A DNA stretch of 64,000 nucleotides. It comes from the human T2T-CHM13v2.0 reference genome, Homo sapiens. Made by a program: the position numbers and the translations under genes. The notes beneath the pieces are model-generated. The model was not told where the DNA came from. It did no database searches and saw only the letters and a list, made by a program, of their open reading frames with translations. Below, piece by piece: positions 35,122 through 50,998 of this stretch; position 1 is the first letter of the stretch, and every line of letters starts with the position of its first letter. Location: the NCBI RefSeq assembly GCF_009914755.1, contig NC_060925.1. One strand, given 5' to 3'.

Positions 35122-35893
35122 GTGAGCAGCTTACCAGGAAGGAAGACCCTTGACCCATGCCTGTGACCTGACCCCTGAGGAATGGGAGGATTGTGGTCTG
35201 AGTAATTCCTACTTTGGAATGAAGTAAGACTTATCCTAATTATTCTTGTTCCCCAGAAGGATGTTGGGGTAACTTGTATTACTGCCATTTTTGTAATTTT
35301 GGAGATTAGAGCAAAATTTGCAGTCTATTTAGTTTTACAATGACTTTAGTCATTGTATCAAATGACTGGAGTATCAAAGGGAAGAATGTGGAGTTCTTGA
35401 GGAGCATTAGGTAGAATAAGGAATTTTTCAGCAGTAAACACAAATATTGAGTTTCTAAGGAAGGAATGAAAGCTTGAAGAATTTCAGTCTTTGGCCTGGA
35501 TTTTCATTTTAAAAAAAAAAGCACTCTATACTCTAAAGTATATAAGAATATATGTGCTGTAAGTGAAATGCGAGTAGGTATTTAAGGGGATGAAAAGATA
35601 AAAGAGAATGGAGGTTTTCTGAGGCAGTTTATATTTATATCTCTAAATCCAAAATACAAACACATCCTGAGTTAAGCAAAGTACATATGACAAGGAAATC
35701 ACAAGGTACTACTCTGAGGCTATGGGAAAAGAAAATAGGCAAAAATACTGAGAAAGGCAAGAAAGTAGCTGAGTAAAGAGAACACTTGGAGAATATATGC
35801 TTAAACTTAAGTCTGCAAAAAAAACAAATGACTTGACAAATGATATCTATCATGTAAACCATTACCCAATAATTATTTTCCCTTCTCTTGCAG

Positions 35894-36036
35894 GAATTGA
35901 GAAGTTCAAAGGGCAGTACTTCCACAGTCGAGACTATAAGAACCCAGAGGGATTCACTGGAAAGAGAGTCATTATAATTGGCATTGGGAATTCTGGAGGG
36001 GATCTGGCTGTAGAGATTAGCCAAACAGCCAAGCAG
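35894..36036 (+). CDS. FMO5: FMO5 exon 5 (FMO fingerprint and NADPH-binding GxGxxG)
   Basis: [11 protein letters not shown] (FxGxxxHxxxY) and GIGNSG; 143 nt. Confidence 0.98.
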
Positions 36037-38948
36037 GTTTGAATCACTCAATTATTATTTACGTTGCTTAACTCTAGCTTCAGTTTCTCCAAGGAAGCTG
36101 CAGGTGGACCCAACAGAGAATAGGGATACCTGCACATAGCCCTTCAGTGCCAGTGGCAAATATAGGGCTTCGTTTCATTACCTCAGTTGGCAACATGGTG
36201 ATTGGTGCTAATAGAGGAGTTAAGGCTACCAGTTAGAGTTCCATTGTGCAACTAGCCTCACACCAAGGAACTGGATCAGCTAAAGTCTGGGCTCATTATC
36301 CTAATCAGGCATCTTCTCAGAGTGTGCCTCTGGCTTTGATAAAGACAAAGTAATTGCTGGGAGAGGTTGTTAGAAAGCAGTATTGAGAGCGAGGATCTTC
36401 AATTGGCCAGCAGAAGTGCTATGTTCTTACATAAAGGAAAGCACGCGTGATCATTGGAAACTTTTCACTCATAGGATGGTGCTTGAATTTTCCTTTACAC
36501 TCCCCAAATGGAAAAAAGTATCAATTTTATCTTCCCAAAGACAATGTGGGTATCCGTATAGCGTCCAAACTGTAGCACATGCAAGCAGCTTGCCCTGGCC
36601 TTTGCATACAGTTAGGTAACTCAGATAACATTCATTCTAAAGCAATTATATCTCCTTGGCTTTTTGTTTTGTTTGTTTTGGTTTTTGTATAGCAGACTTT
36701 GAACTGAGAAGCAAGTGTCTTCACTATAAATTCCTGGAAAAAGACATGCCAATATTGTATTTTGTTATTAATGTCTGTGTTGAATCAAACTCTATTGGCA
36801 ATAGGTAAATGTCTTGGTTGTTCTTTAGTAACTTTAATTAAGCCATGCTTCTCTATAAAGATGTTTTAAATTGTTTTATTTTAATTAGAAGCTTAGTGCT
36901 ACAATTCTGTTAAATGACTCTTACTCAGCAACTTTGTTTGAAAAACACTTCTTCTCATTGCTATCCTCATCTATAACCACAAAAATTATTTCATATGATA
37001 CTTCATAAATTAATTCAACAGACATTTATCAGGAAATAATCATATAAACAAGGATTAAAAATAATTAAAATAATTATATAAACAAGGGTTAAAACGTATG
37101 TGGGTGTTATGGTAGAGGAATGTGCAAAATGTGGAGTGGGGACCCATGGCGAGAGCCATCTTTAATATCATTGGCTTGTCAAATGGGCAGTTCTAAGGGA
37201 GCTTGGCCTTACCTGCTCTGGGGAATTGCAGGTTGCCACATAACAAAGCATTTCTGTGTGGGTACAGATAAGGTGGCTGTGTCTGTGAGAAAGCCTGGGA
37301 AAATGCAAAGGAAAACTATGTCTGCATAGCAGAGGCAATACTGTCACACCACTAATCCAAGCTGAAGAAACTCAATTGCTGAGTTCTAACTTTTTACTTT
37401 ACTTGTAAATTGTATTCATGATGATTTGTTTATAAATCAAAAACTTTAAATGGACCTATATATTTCAGTATATCATGGAAGTTTTTCGTATAATTCTTGT
37501 AGATGCTTTTGTAAAGAGAAAACATTCCTTTTTTTCAATATTAATTTCATATAAGATTACACTGATTAAACAATTTTCCTTATAAATCTGATTTGTAAAT
37601 GTTATTTGCTTAAAACAAGGTATAGATGGAAAACTGAAATAAGAAATATGACAGCCATTAAGCACTTATCAAGTGTTTACTATATACCACACCTTTTACA
37701 AAAACACTGCTTAATTATCACAACAGCCTTGTGATATATGTATTATTATTATTACTATTTCATAAATAGGAAATCTTTTCATTAGGGCTCTGAGCGTTTT
37801 CATTACTCAGCAGAAGTTATATAGCCAGCACACAAAATTGTTCAGTTTCTAAGACCATATATGCTCTTTCAACTGTGACTGTGGAAGTACATAATTATCA
37901 GAGTGCTTACAGTCACTTTAGGCGAGATAAGATTTGTGAAGTAAACAATTATCCCTCTGTAGACAGGTCATTTTAGACAAAAAGACTATGAAGCAATGTG
38001 CGTATATAACTTAAAATCTGGAAGCCATCTCCAGAGAGTTTCATAGTGTAGGAAAAGTGATTCTTTTGCCAGGTAACTGCATATCAAATCTTTATCAGTT
38101 CTGAACATGAACTTTAGCCAGAGGAGGACACAGAAAGACTGACTAGCTTCCTGTTGTTCCACTAGCAATCTTATTTTTCTCCATTAAATAATCAATCAAA
38201 CATTTCTTAAGCACAGGCTTTGGAGTTAGTCAGACCTGGGTTGGAAATTCACCTCTGCCACTTACTAGCTCTGTGATCTCAGGCAAGTTATTCATCCTTT
38301 CCATGCCCCTCATCTATAACATGGGTGTAATAATACTTTCCTCAAGAGGTTGTTGTAATATAGATGAAGGACCTAGCACAATGACTTAAAGGTCACAAAT
38401 CCCAATAAATGGAAGTGATGATAATCTGCTGTGGATGTGTAGGCTTTATCTCCTATCCTTGAGAAAACACATTTGAAGAGACAGAAATTAGGAGTGTAGA
38501 AAGTTTAATATCAATAAAAATGATAAATAGCAGGGGTTTTTGTAATAATGCCAACAATGTCAATGGCAAAAGAATGAGGGTTTTAGATTAAATGGTCTCC
38601 AGCTGCTTTCAACTTTACCAGTACATGATTTTTAATGAGTTCTACAGGTGATAAGTGCTAGAGAAATTCAGAGGATGGAGAGAAAATTGTCAGCCTGAAT
38701 AGTCAGCGGTTTCTTCATGGAGGAGGCAGTCTTGATCTGGGTCTTAAAAATGAACAGGCTTCGCAGAGTTAAGAGGAAAGAAGGCATTTCAGGCAGGCAT
38801 AATAGCACTAAACAGAAATACAACGGTGTATTAGAGCAAAACATATTCTTGGACAGTAGATACACCAATTTAATTCTAAGTTTAGTGTTTGGGAAGGAAA
38901 ATGGCAGGAAACAAACATAAAAACCCACAAAGATTGTGCAGGGGCTAA

Positions 38949-39333
<385 letters not shown>

Positions 39334-39379
39334 TTACGAATCTGAGTGACAAAAGCAAACAATTTCTTCCATGCCCCAG

Positions 39380-39579
39380 GTTTTCCTCAGCACCAGGAGA
39401 GGGGCTTGGATCCTGAATCGTGTAGGGGACTACGGATATCCTGCTGATGTGTTGTTCTCTTCTCGACTTACACATTTTATATGGAAGATCTGTGGCCAAT
39501 CATTAGCAAACAAATATTTGGAAAAAAAGATAAACCAAAGGTTTGACCATGAAATGTTTGGCCTGAAGCCTAAACACAG
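39380..39579 (+). CDS. FMO5: FMO5 exon 6
   Basis: VFLSTRRGAWILNRVGDYGYP...FGLKPKH; CAG acceptor, GTATGT donor; 200 nt. Confidence 0.98.
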
Positions 39580-39692
39580 GTATGTTCCCAGGATGGGAGT
39601 GCAGGGATAGTGGCCAAAGCACAAGAATAAGGACTCTTCACACTGGCTAATAGTAAAGCCACCTCTACCCATACATTAAGAAAACCCACAGT

Positions 39693-40011
<319 letters not shown>

Positions 40012-40390
40012 CTATAGACTCATAGAATCTGAAATCAGATTTCTAACTTGTACCCACAGATGTCCAAGATCTATTGGTCTGTGGGTTTTTAATCTAGAAT
40101 TCTCTTTGGCAGTAACCCTTTTCTCATTCCCCCAGGTATCAGTTCTTTTTGCATGATACCCAACAACAAAATGATAGCTGAGGACAGTGCGTCATTTACT
40201 CATTGAGTACCTGTTATGAGCCAGGCATCATACATGGACATGAAATACAGAGAGAAGACATAATAGTAATAGTAATAGAAATAACACTCACCTTTCTGAG
40301 GACTTTCTATAAGATAAGCACAGTGCTAAATGAGTTACATGCAGTATCTCACTTAATCCTGACAATAGCCCTATAAGTTGGTACTATTTT

Positions 40391-40778
40391 TGTTTCACAG
40401 TGAGGAGGTCTATGCAAACCTACCCCAAAGGCTGAGGAAGCTGAGAGGCTGAAGAAAGAAGCTGACAGATTCAGTTTCTTAGAAACATTTCATAGGGACT
40501 TATGAACAGAAGCCATGTCTGTCTCAGGCAGTGGTGAGACAAGATGGTAGATCCCCATACCATTACCTCCTGACCCAGGGATGATATACCACAGGGGAGG
40601 GGCACACATACTTCAGAGCGAATGGGTAGGAGTTTGCCCTAAGGGTGGGATTTACAGTAAGTACATACTATTAAACAACAGATTAACTGGAAATCTCAGA
40701 GGTATTCCCGGAACCAGGGTTGATCAGAAGTCAATATGGTAGATTAACTTCTAAGATGGAGTTGCTTTGGCCTCCACA
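40391..40778 (-). mobile_element. Solo LTR (LTR47-like, ERVL) inside a MIR-like fragment
   Basis: TG...CA termini, 5-bp TSD ATTTT (40386-40390 / 40779-40783); minus strand starts TGTGGAGGCCAAAGCAACTCCATCTT; family tentative. Confidence 0.65.
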
Positions 40779-41480
40779 ATTTTTGATCTACATTTTACAA
40801 ATATAAAAACTGAGATGTAGAGAAACTAAGTAATTTTCCCGAGGGCAACAGAAATAATAAATGGCAGACTCAAAAAATAGATCTTACCTTAAATACTCTA
40901 ATGAGAAGAAAGAGGACAGATTATAATGAAGAAATACATACAGTGTTATGAAAGTACAAAGGATGGGGTCCTCAGAGAACCAGGGAGGGAAAACATTTCT
41001 AGAGGCTGATTTTAAATTTATTTTCCCTCCAACTTTTTATTTTTGAAAATGTTCAGATCTACAGAAAAGTTGCAAAATAATAAGTACAATGAGCACCCAT
41101 ATATCCTTCACCTGGATTCACCTGTTAAGTTTGCTATATTTGCTTCCTTTCCCCATCTCTGTAGATAGGTCCATACATATAGAGCATACATACACAAGTA
41201 CATTTTTTTCTGAAACCATTTGAGTACGTTGCAGTCATTAAGACACTTTAAATACTTCAGTGTATATTGTATAAGAAAAAGGGCATTCTCCTACATAACC
41301 ATCATATAATTATCACACGTGGGAAATTTAACATTGATAAAATACATTAATACATTGGCAATATCCCCAGTTGCCCCAATAGTATTTTTTATAGCTTTAA
41401 AAAAATCTTTTTAAATCTAGTATCCTGTCAGGTAATCAATCACACCATTACATTTAGTTGTCATGTCTCTTTAATCTCTC

Positions 41481-43009
<1,529 letters not shown>

Positions 43010-43430
43010 TCACATCAAGAACCACATTATGTCAGTTTATCTCACAGTAATAATGCTAAATTTGACCACTTAGATAAGGTGGTATAGATACCATCAAGTT
43101 TCTCCACTATAAAGATATTTTTTCCCGTTGAAGTTAATCAGTGGGGTGACATTTGGAGACTGTGTTTCCTAAAAACCTTTCACCTAATTATTTTAGCATG
43201 CATGTTTTTGGTGGTTGCAAAATAAATTGAGGCTTTGTTGAATAATAGGAGATAGCCAAACAAATAGAGCAAGGGTATAGCATTCTAATTATAAAGACAA
43301 AGTCTTGGAACAGCAAAAAATACATTATGCTCCAGGACTTGCATGTAGTCTGGTATGGCTGGACTATATAGCAAAGATGGAAGAGTGACTGAATGTATCT
43401 CCAGGTTCATCAGGCATGAAAACCTTTGGT

Positions 43431-45301
43431 TCCTCCGCGGTCTTCTGAGCGGTCACGTGAACGGCTTCCTGCAGGCTGGCCATGGCGCTTCAAGTTCCCA
43501 AGGCTCCGGGCTTCGCCCAGATGCTCAAGGAGGGAGCGAAACACTTTTCAGAATTAGAAGAGGCTGTGTATAGAAACATACAAGCTTGCAAGGAGCTTGC
43601 CCAAACCACTCGTACAGCATATGGACGAAATGGAATGAAAAAAATGGTTATCAACCACTTGGAGAAGTTGTTTGTGACAAATGATGCAGCGACTATTTTA
43701 AGAGAACTAGAAGTACAGCATCCTGCTGCAAAAATGACTGTAATGGCTTCTCATATGCAAGAGCAAGAAGTTGGAGATGGCACAAACATTGTTCTGGTAT
43801 TTGCTGGAGCTCTCCTGGAATTAGCTGAAGAACTTCTGAGGATTGGCCTGTCAGTTTCAGAGGTCATAGAAGGTTATGAAATAGCTTGCAGAAAAGCTCA
43901 TGAGATTCTTCCTAATTTGGTACGTTGTTCTGCAAAAAACCTTCGAGATGTTGATGAAGTCTCATCTCTACTTCGTACCTCTGTAATGTGTAAACAATAT
44001 GGTAATGAAGTATTTCTGGCCAAGCTTATTGTTCAGGCATGCGTATCTATTTTTCCTGATTCTGGCCATTTCAAAGTTGATAACATCAGAGTTTGTAAAA
44101 TTCTGGGCTGTGGTATCACTTCCTCTTCAGTATTGCATGGCATGGTTTTTAAGAAGGAAACAGAAGGTGATGTACATCTGTCAAAGATGCAAAAATAGCA
44201 GTGTACTCTTGTCCTTTTGATGGCATGATAACAGAAACTAAGGGAACAGTGTTGATAAAGACTGATGAAGAATTGATGAATTTAAGTAAGGGAGAAGAAA
44301 ATCTCATGGATGCATAAGTCAAAGCTATTGCTGATACTGGTGCAAATGTTGTAGTAACAGGTGGCAAAGTGGCAGACATGGCTCTTCATTATGCAAACAA
44401 ATATAATATGATGTTAGTGAAGCTAAACTCAAAATGGGATGTCCGAAGACTCTGTAAAACAGTTGGTGCTACAGCTCTTCCTAGATTGACACCTCCTGTC
44501 CTTGAAGAAATGGGACACTGAGACAGTGTTTACCTCTCAGAAGTTGGAGATACTCAGGTGGTGGTTTTTAAGCATGAAAAGGAAGATGGCATCATTTCTA
44601 CCATAGTACTTCGGGGCTCTACAGACAATCTGATGGATGACATAGAAAGGGCAGTAGATGATGGTGTTAATACTTTCAAAGTTCTTACAAGGGATAAACG
44701 TCTTGTACCCAGAGGTGGAGCAACAGAAATTGAATTAGCCAAACAGATCACATCATATGGAGAGACATGTCCTGGACTTGAACAGTACGCTATTAAGAAG
44801 TTTGCTGAGGCGTTTGAAGCTATTCCCCGTGCACTGGCAGAAATACTCTGGAGAAAACTCTGGAGTTAAGGCCAATGAAGTAATCTCTAAACTTTATGCA
44901 GTACCTCAAGAAGGAAATAAAAATGTTGGATTAGATACTGAGGCTGTAGTCCCTGCTGTAACGGACATGTTGGAAGCTGGTGTTCTAGATACTTACCTGG
45001 GAAAACACTGGTCTATCAAACTCGCTGCTAATGCTGCAGTCACTGTACTTAGAGTGGGTCAGGTAATCATGGCAAAACCAGATGGTGGGCCCAAGCCTCC
45101 AAGTGGGAAGAAAGACTGGGATGATGACCAAAATGATTGAAATTGGCTTAATTTTTACTGTAGGTGAAGGCTGTATTTGTAGTAGTATTCTAAGAATCGC
45201 GTGATGTTTTCTTATTCTCCTTACATTAAGAGGTATTTTGTGTTTGTATTCTTGGCTGGATGTTATAATAAACATATTGTTACTGTCAAAAAAAAAAAAA
45301 A
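43431..45301 (+). pseudogene. CCT8P1: Processed CCT8 (TCP1-theta) pseudogene in FMO5 intron 6, sense orientation
   Basis: MALQVPKAPGFAQMLKEGAKHF...KKDWDDDQND, intronless; frameshift ~44172, stops 44315 and 44519, ~13-nt duplication at 44841; AATAAA 45267, poly(A) 45288-45301; TSD AAACCTTTGGT (43420-43430 / 45304-45314). Confidence 0.96.
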
Positions 45302-45798
45302 GGAAACCTTTGGTCTACTAAATAAAAAGTATGGAATGAAGACAGTCCAAAGCCATTCAAAGATTTAGGCAAGTGAGTAACATAATCATACCTACATTTT
45401 AGAAAGACCATTTTGAAAATGGTGTGGGAGTGGGATGAGACAGGAGGTCCTAAAGACAATTGTATCATCTGGTTGAGATAACAAGGAGTAGATAAAACTA
45501 TCTTGGGGATGTTAAGAGGAGAAAGGGAAAAGGCTTGGTGACCAGATATATAACTCATGGTTTTGTGGGTTGGGCAACTATATGGATGGATGGTGGTACT
45601 GCTGGTGAAAAGGAGTAGGTTTGGAGAAAAAGATGAAATCATGAGGTTGGAATGCAGAACACAATCGACCTAGTGTCAAAGCATAACTAAATGCAACAAA
45701 CCAGTAGTGGTAATTTAAACATATAAAATTCCTGAGGCCAGGACAGCTCTGTCTGAAGATGAGTTAATATAGTATTCAGGCATTAAGACTACTTTTTA

Positions 45799-46140
<342 letters not shown>

Positions 46141-46149
46141 TTATTATTA

Positions 46150-46197
46150 TTAAAAGTAATGGCAAAAAAATAAGCAATTACTTTTGCACCAACCCAA
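46150..46197. mobile_element. Partial MADE1 (Hsmar1-derived MITE)
   Basis: AAAAGTAATGGCAAAAA...GCAATTACTTTTGCACCAACC matches the Hsmar1 terminal inverted repeat. Confidence 0.75.
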
Positions 46198-46907
46198 TGT
46201 TTCCAGTATCCGTATCCTACGCTGTCCCTAGGAAACAATAACAAGCCCGAAGTATACCAAGATAATTCACTGAAAACAACTTTGAGATAAATTCTAAAAT
46301 CCTAGGCTGTGTATCATTGGACAAGTCACATAACTTTTCTAGGCCTCAATTCCCTCATTTATAAAACCTGGATAATGACACCTATTCTGCTTCCTTCATA
46401 GAGTTTTGTGAGAGTCAAGTTAATGCATGTAAAAGCAACTTATAAACTGTAAATTGCTACATACATGTAATTTATCATACAGTTTGTAAAACAGTGGCCT
46501 AAACTTAGCTCTTGAGCCTTTGAAACTGGAAATGAGACTGAACAGAATGTTGACAGCTTAGTTCTGTCAGACTTCTTGGTATGAGAATACAAACTATTGA
46601 CCTGTGGCCTTATCATATCACACACAGAATATTATTGTTACTTGAGAAATCATATATGCACTCCTCAAACAACACTCTTCCTTCACTCCTCCAACACTCT
46701 CCCTTTCAGTGCATCCAGGGTCCAACTTCAGATCTGATCTTGATCTGTGCCAACCTAGTATAAATTAGACCTTTTCCAAACTTCATGCATAGACCAAGGG
46801 GAAGATTATTGGCATCCTGTTTACCTCCACCAAAGCAAAATTTTACTTATGTGGTACTGATTTCTCTTTCTCTCATTTCTCCACTTGATCTTTGTCACGA
46901 CTCACAG

Positions 46908-47260
46908 AGCTCTGAGTCAGCATCCAACCTTAAATGATGACCTGCCAAATCGTATCATTTCTGGCTTGGTGAAAGTGAAAGGAAATGTGAAGGAATTCAC
47001 GGAGACAGCTGCCATATTTGAGGATGGCTCCAGGGAGGATGACATTGATGCTGTTATCTTTGCCACAGGCTATAGCTTTGACTTTCCATTTCTGGAAGAT
47101 TCCGTCAAAGTGGTCAAAAACAAGATATCCCTGTATAAAAAGGTCTTCCCTCCTAACCTGGAAAGGCCAACTCTTGCAATCATAGGCTTGATTCAGCCCT
47201 TAGGAGCCATTATGCCCATTTCAGAGCTCCAAGGACGCTGGGCCACTCAGGTATTTAAAG
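46908..47260 (+). CDS. FMO5: FMO5 exon 7 (FATGY motif)
   Basis: [17 protein letters not shown]...DAVIFATGY...RWATQVFK; donor AAG|GTAAGT; 353 nt. Confidence 0.98.
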
Positions 47261-49473
47261 GTAAGTGACCATGCAAATAGACTACTTAATTACTTGGTGA
47301 TATGTTTACCTCTGTTTAGGTACTTGTTTTTAAATAGCTAGAGATAGCATGTATGATTACAACAGTGCCTAGCACAAAGTTAGTACAGAAAAATATATTT
47401 TTGAGTGAATCTAAAGTAGCAATTTATAACCATGGACATACATCATACCTGGGAAATTTTTCCAAGCTATGCATGCTTTGACACCATCCTTGCTGATGCT
47501 TATTTAGTTAGTCTGGGGTGGGGCAGTCATAACATCTTTGAGAAAAATATTCCCCAGTAATTCCAATGTGTACTCCAAATTAGAATTTACTCATCTAGAT
47601 TTTAGGCAACTGGCATATATTTCTGAAGTAAAATAGTTTTATCTTCTTTCATTATAGATAAAAATAAAATATAGAAATAGTATGACTTTATTTCGGCCGA
47701 AAATTAAGACCTGGTTGCAGACTAGTCAATATTGTAGGATATTCAATCCCCCAAATTCTCACTTTTCTCCTTTTATGTCCCCTCTTTCAGTTTTGGCTAG
47801 GAATATATGAAAAAAAAAAGGGGAATAGGTTTCATATGAGTCAGTAGAATGATATAGCTTCCAAAGAAATAATTAAATCTAGCATCATTAAAAAACTATA
47901 ATGTTCTAGAACATTACAACTGTTGTTCTCTAAACTGGCCAGACCACACCTAATGATACATTTTAAAAGTGAAGCTGGAGTGCGTTTAATAAGGAGAGAG
48001 AGAAAAATTTTTTAAGGGATTTGAAAACATGCCATCTGAAGTACAACTGAAAAAGCCGGAGAGAGATTTAGCCTGGAGAAGATAAACTTCAGGAGAGATA
48101 TGAGAATTTCCTTCAAATATCTGAAGGGAAGGCACATGGAAGAAGGATTAGATTTACTCAGTATAGCTTCAAAGGGTCAAACCAGAATCAAGGAGTGAAA
48201 TCTTGAGGGTTACACATCAGCTTACCATTAAGAAAAAAATCCAAAACCTTTTTCCTATCAGCCAATGCCATTTCATGATGGAACCAGCTGCCTCTGAAAT
48301 TCTAAGCAGAAAAGGAAAAGGATGCCAAATGACTGAATGCTCACTGGGCCGGGGCAGGAGAGGGGGAAGGTATGGAGTAGATTCAAGCCTCAGGATAGAG
48401 AGAAACAAGATGATGTTTAAGGGTCCTTCTAAAGAAGAAATTCACTGATTCTATGGTTGTTATAACAAAATTTGCTATTGTTACTAGCATTTAATTAAAA
48501 CTACTCAGAGTTCCTGTTGGAATTACACCTTTTTTGTTTTCACTAGTGAAAATCTTCACAGTTGCAGAGAAAAAAAGAACCAATGGTATTACAGTTGATA
48601 GTTCAACAACCTTTCTAAATTTCCCCAAATTTCTATTACTTCCAGTCCTATCCAGCAGATTATGTACTACCTGAGAGAACTATACAAGTAGTCAAACGCA
48701 AATAGCCCATTAAGTTGGCCTAATTCTAGTCATATTAAAGTGATCTTTTAATTGGGTCAATTACATAAGCGGAGAACAGTTCATTAAAACAGGCCACAGC
48801 ATCTTAGTATACTTTAAGCAACTGGGACTCTTTTCCAAGACCAAGTGAATTCTTGAGAGGAAATAGAGAAAATGAGTATTTGCAAGAGTCTGCATTATGG
48901 TTATGAGATTATGGGATCTTAGGGAAAATGTACAAAAAGCCCAGCTTCCCATGCTAGCAGAAGCCTAGTGCTAATTCCTCCAGCTTTTTTCTAACACCTG
49001 GAAGGAAGAAATCTTCAGAATTCTCTAACTTTACCAGACTTCCAACAGGAACTCTGGGTTTTTTATTCTGTCCATGGCCAATCTGTCTGCCTCCCACATT
49101 CTTGCCTTTCTCTTCCCTGAATTATCCCTTCACTATGCCAATTTTAAACCCTTTGGATTAGCTTGTTTTTCCCTTTTTTTCATGTCTGCCCAACAAAGCC
49201 TGCCTCCTTCCTTGTCTGTTCCCTACCAAGCCCCATTTTCCTTCTTCTTCTGTTCTCTGGAATTATTGTTCTCTTGTCAAGAAAATATTCTACTCTTTTC
49301 TAGAACACTGAATTTACTTCCTTGCCTTGACTGAAATGAAACATAGTTTCTGTTTTGATTGCGTCTTTTGCAGCCCTTGCAAGTGTTTTATTTTCACTCA
49401 GCAACTTTCTTTCCTTCAAAACTATATCAAGTTACACCAAATCTCTGGATCACAAGAAGTCATTATGTCATAG

Positions 49474-49844
<371 letters not shown>

Positions 49845-50628
49845 TCAGGCCCATCTTTCACTAGTCTTTACCATACTTCCTACAATACTCTAGATGCACT
49901 GGATGACGTACCCACTAAGCAGCAAACACAGCAGGTACCCTTGTACCCTGTGCTTTTGCTTCCACTGTGCTTTCTTCTTGATATGCCCTCCTTTTACTTT
50001 TTATTTCTATAGGAAAAGTCTATGCATATTTCTTCCCTCCCTTTGTAATATAGTGATAGCTCCTTAAGTAAAGGACTCATGTTTATTTGCCTTTGTATTG
50101 CAAGCCTAGACCACTGCCTAGCACATAAGAGGTATCTAATAAACATCTATTCTAAGAAATGTCAGTTTAGCCTTGAGGTAAATTAAATTCTAAATTCTGA
50201 TGTAGAAACTTCTTATTTGAGGATCTCAGCTTATGGGCTACCTTAGCCAATTTCCAGTTATGTTAAAAGCCTGAACTGGACTGAAATTGCAGAATGGGAG
50301 CCAGATCTCTTTTCTCTCATAACATTAGCTATACACTGAAATATGCAGGAGCAAGTCAGGATTACACAGATACAACCTGCTTTAGGCTGACAGCAGACTG
50401 AAGGCCTACCACCACAGAACTCTAATTCAGACTCTCTTCCTTCCCACCTTGTCTTGGAACCCTTGGAAGATCTCTGAACTTCAGTTCCTCACTGTTCTTC
50501 AACATTCTTCAGATAACATATACTGACCTTTTAGTATGTACCAGGCCTTCTGCTAGGGGCTGGAGAAGCAAATATGACCATACAGAAAATCCCTATCTTT
50601 CTGGAATGCAGAGCCAAGCAAGGAAGAC

Positions 50629-50998
50629 TGTGTTAGCCCATTCTCATGCTGCTATAAAGAACTGCCTGAGGCTGAGTAGTTTCTAAAGGAAAGAGGTTTA
50701 ATTCACTCACAGTTCTGCATGGCTGGGGAGGCCTCAGGAAACTTACAATCATGGCAGAAGGAACTTCTTCACAGGGTGGCAGGAGAGAGAATGAGTGCTG
50801 AGTGAAAGGGAAAGCCCCGTATAAAACCATCAGATCTCGTGAGAACTCACTCAGTATCATGAGAACAGCATGAGCAGTATGAGAGTAACCACCCCATGAT
50901 TAAATCACCTCCCACCAGGCCCCTCCCATGACACATGGGGATTGTGGGACCCAAAATTCAAGATAAGATTTGGGTGGGGACACAGCCAAACCATATCA
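50629..50998 (-). mobile_element. THE1-family MaLR solo LTR
   Basis: Minus strand starts TGATATGGTTTGGCTGTGTCCCCACCCAAATC; 370 bp; 5-bp TSD AAGAC (50624-50628 / 50999-51003). Confidence 0.92.

Noticed and set aside
43482-45140. Functional CCT8 retrogene
   Set aside because: Frameshift near 44172, two in-frame stops and a further frameshifting duplication preclude full-length CCT8.
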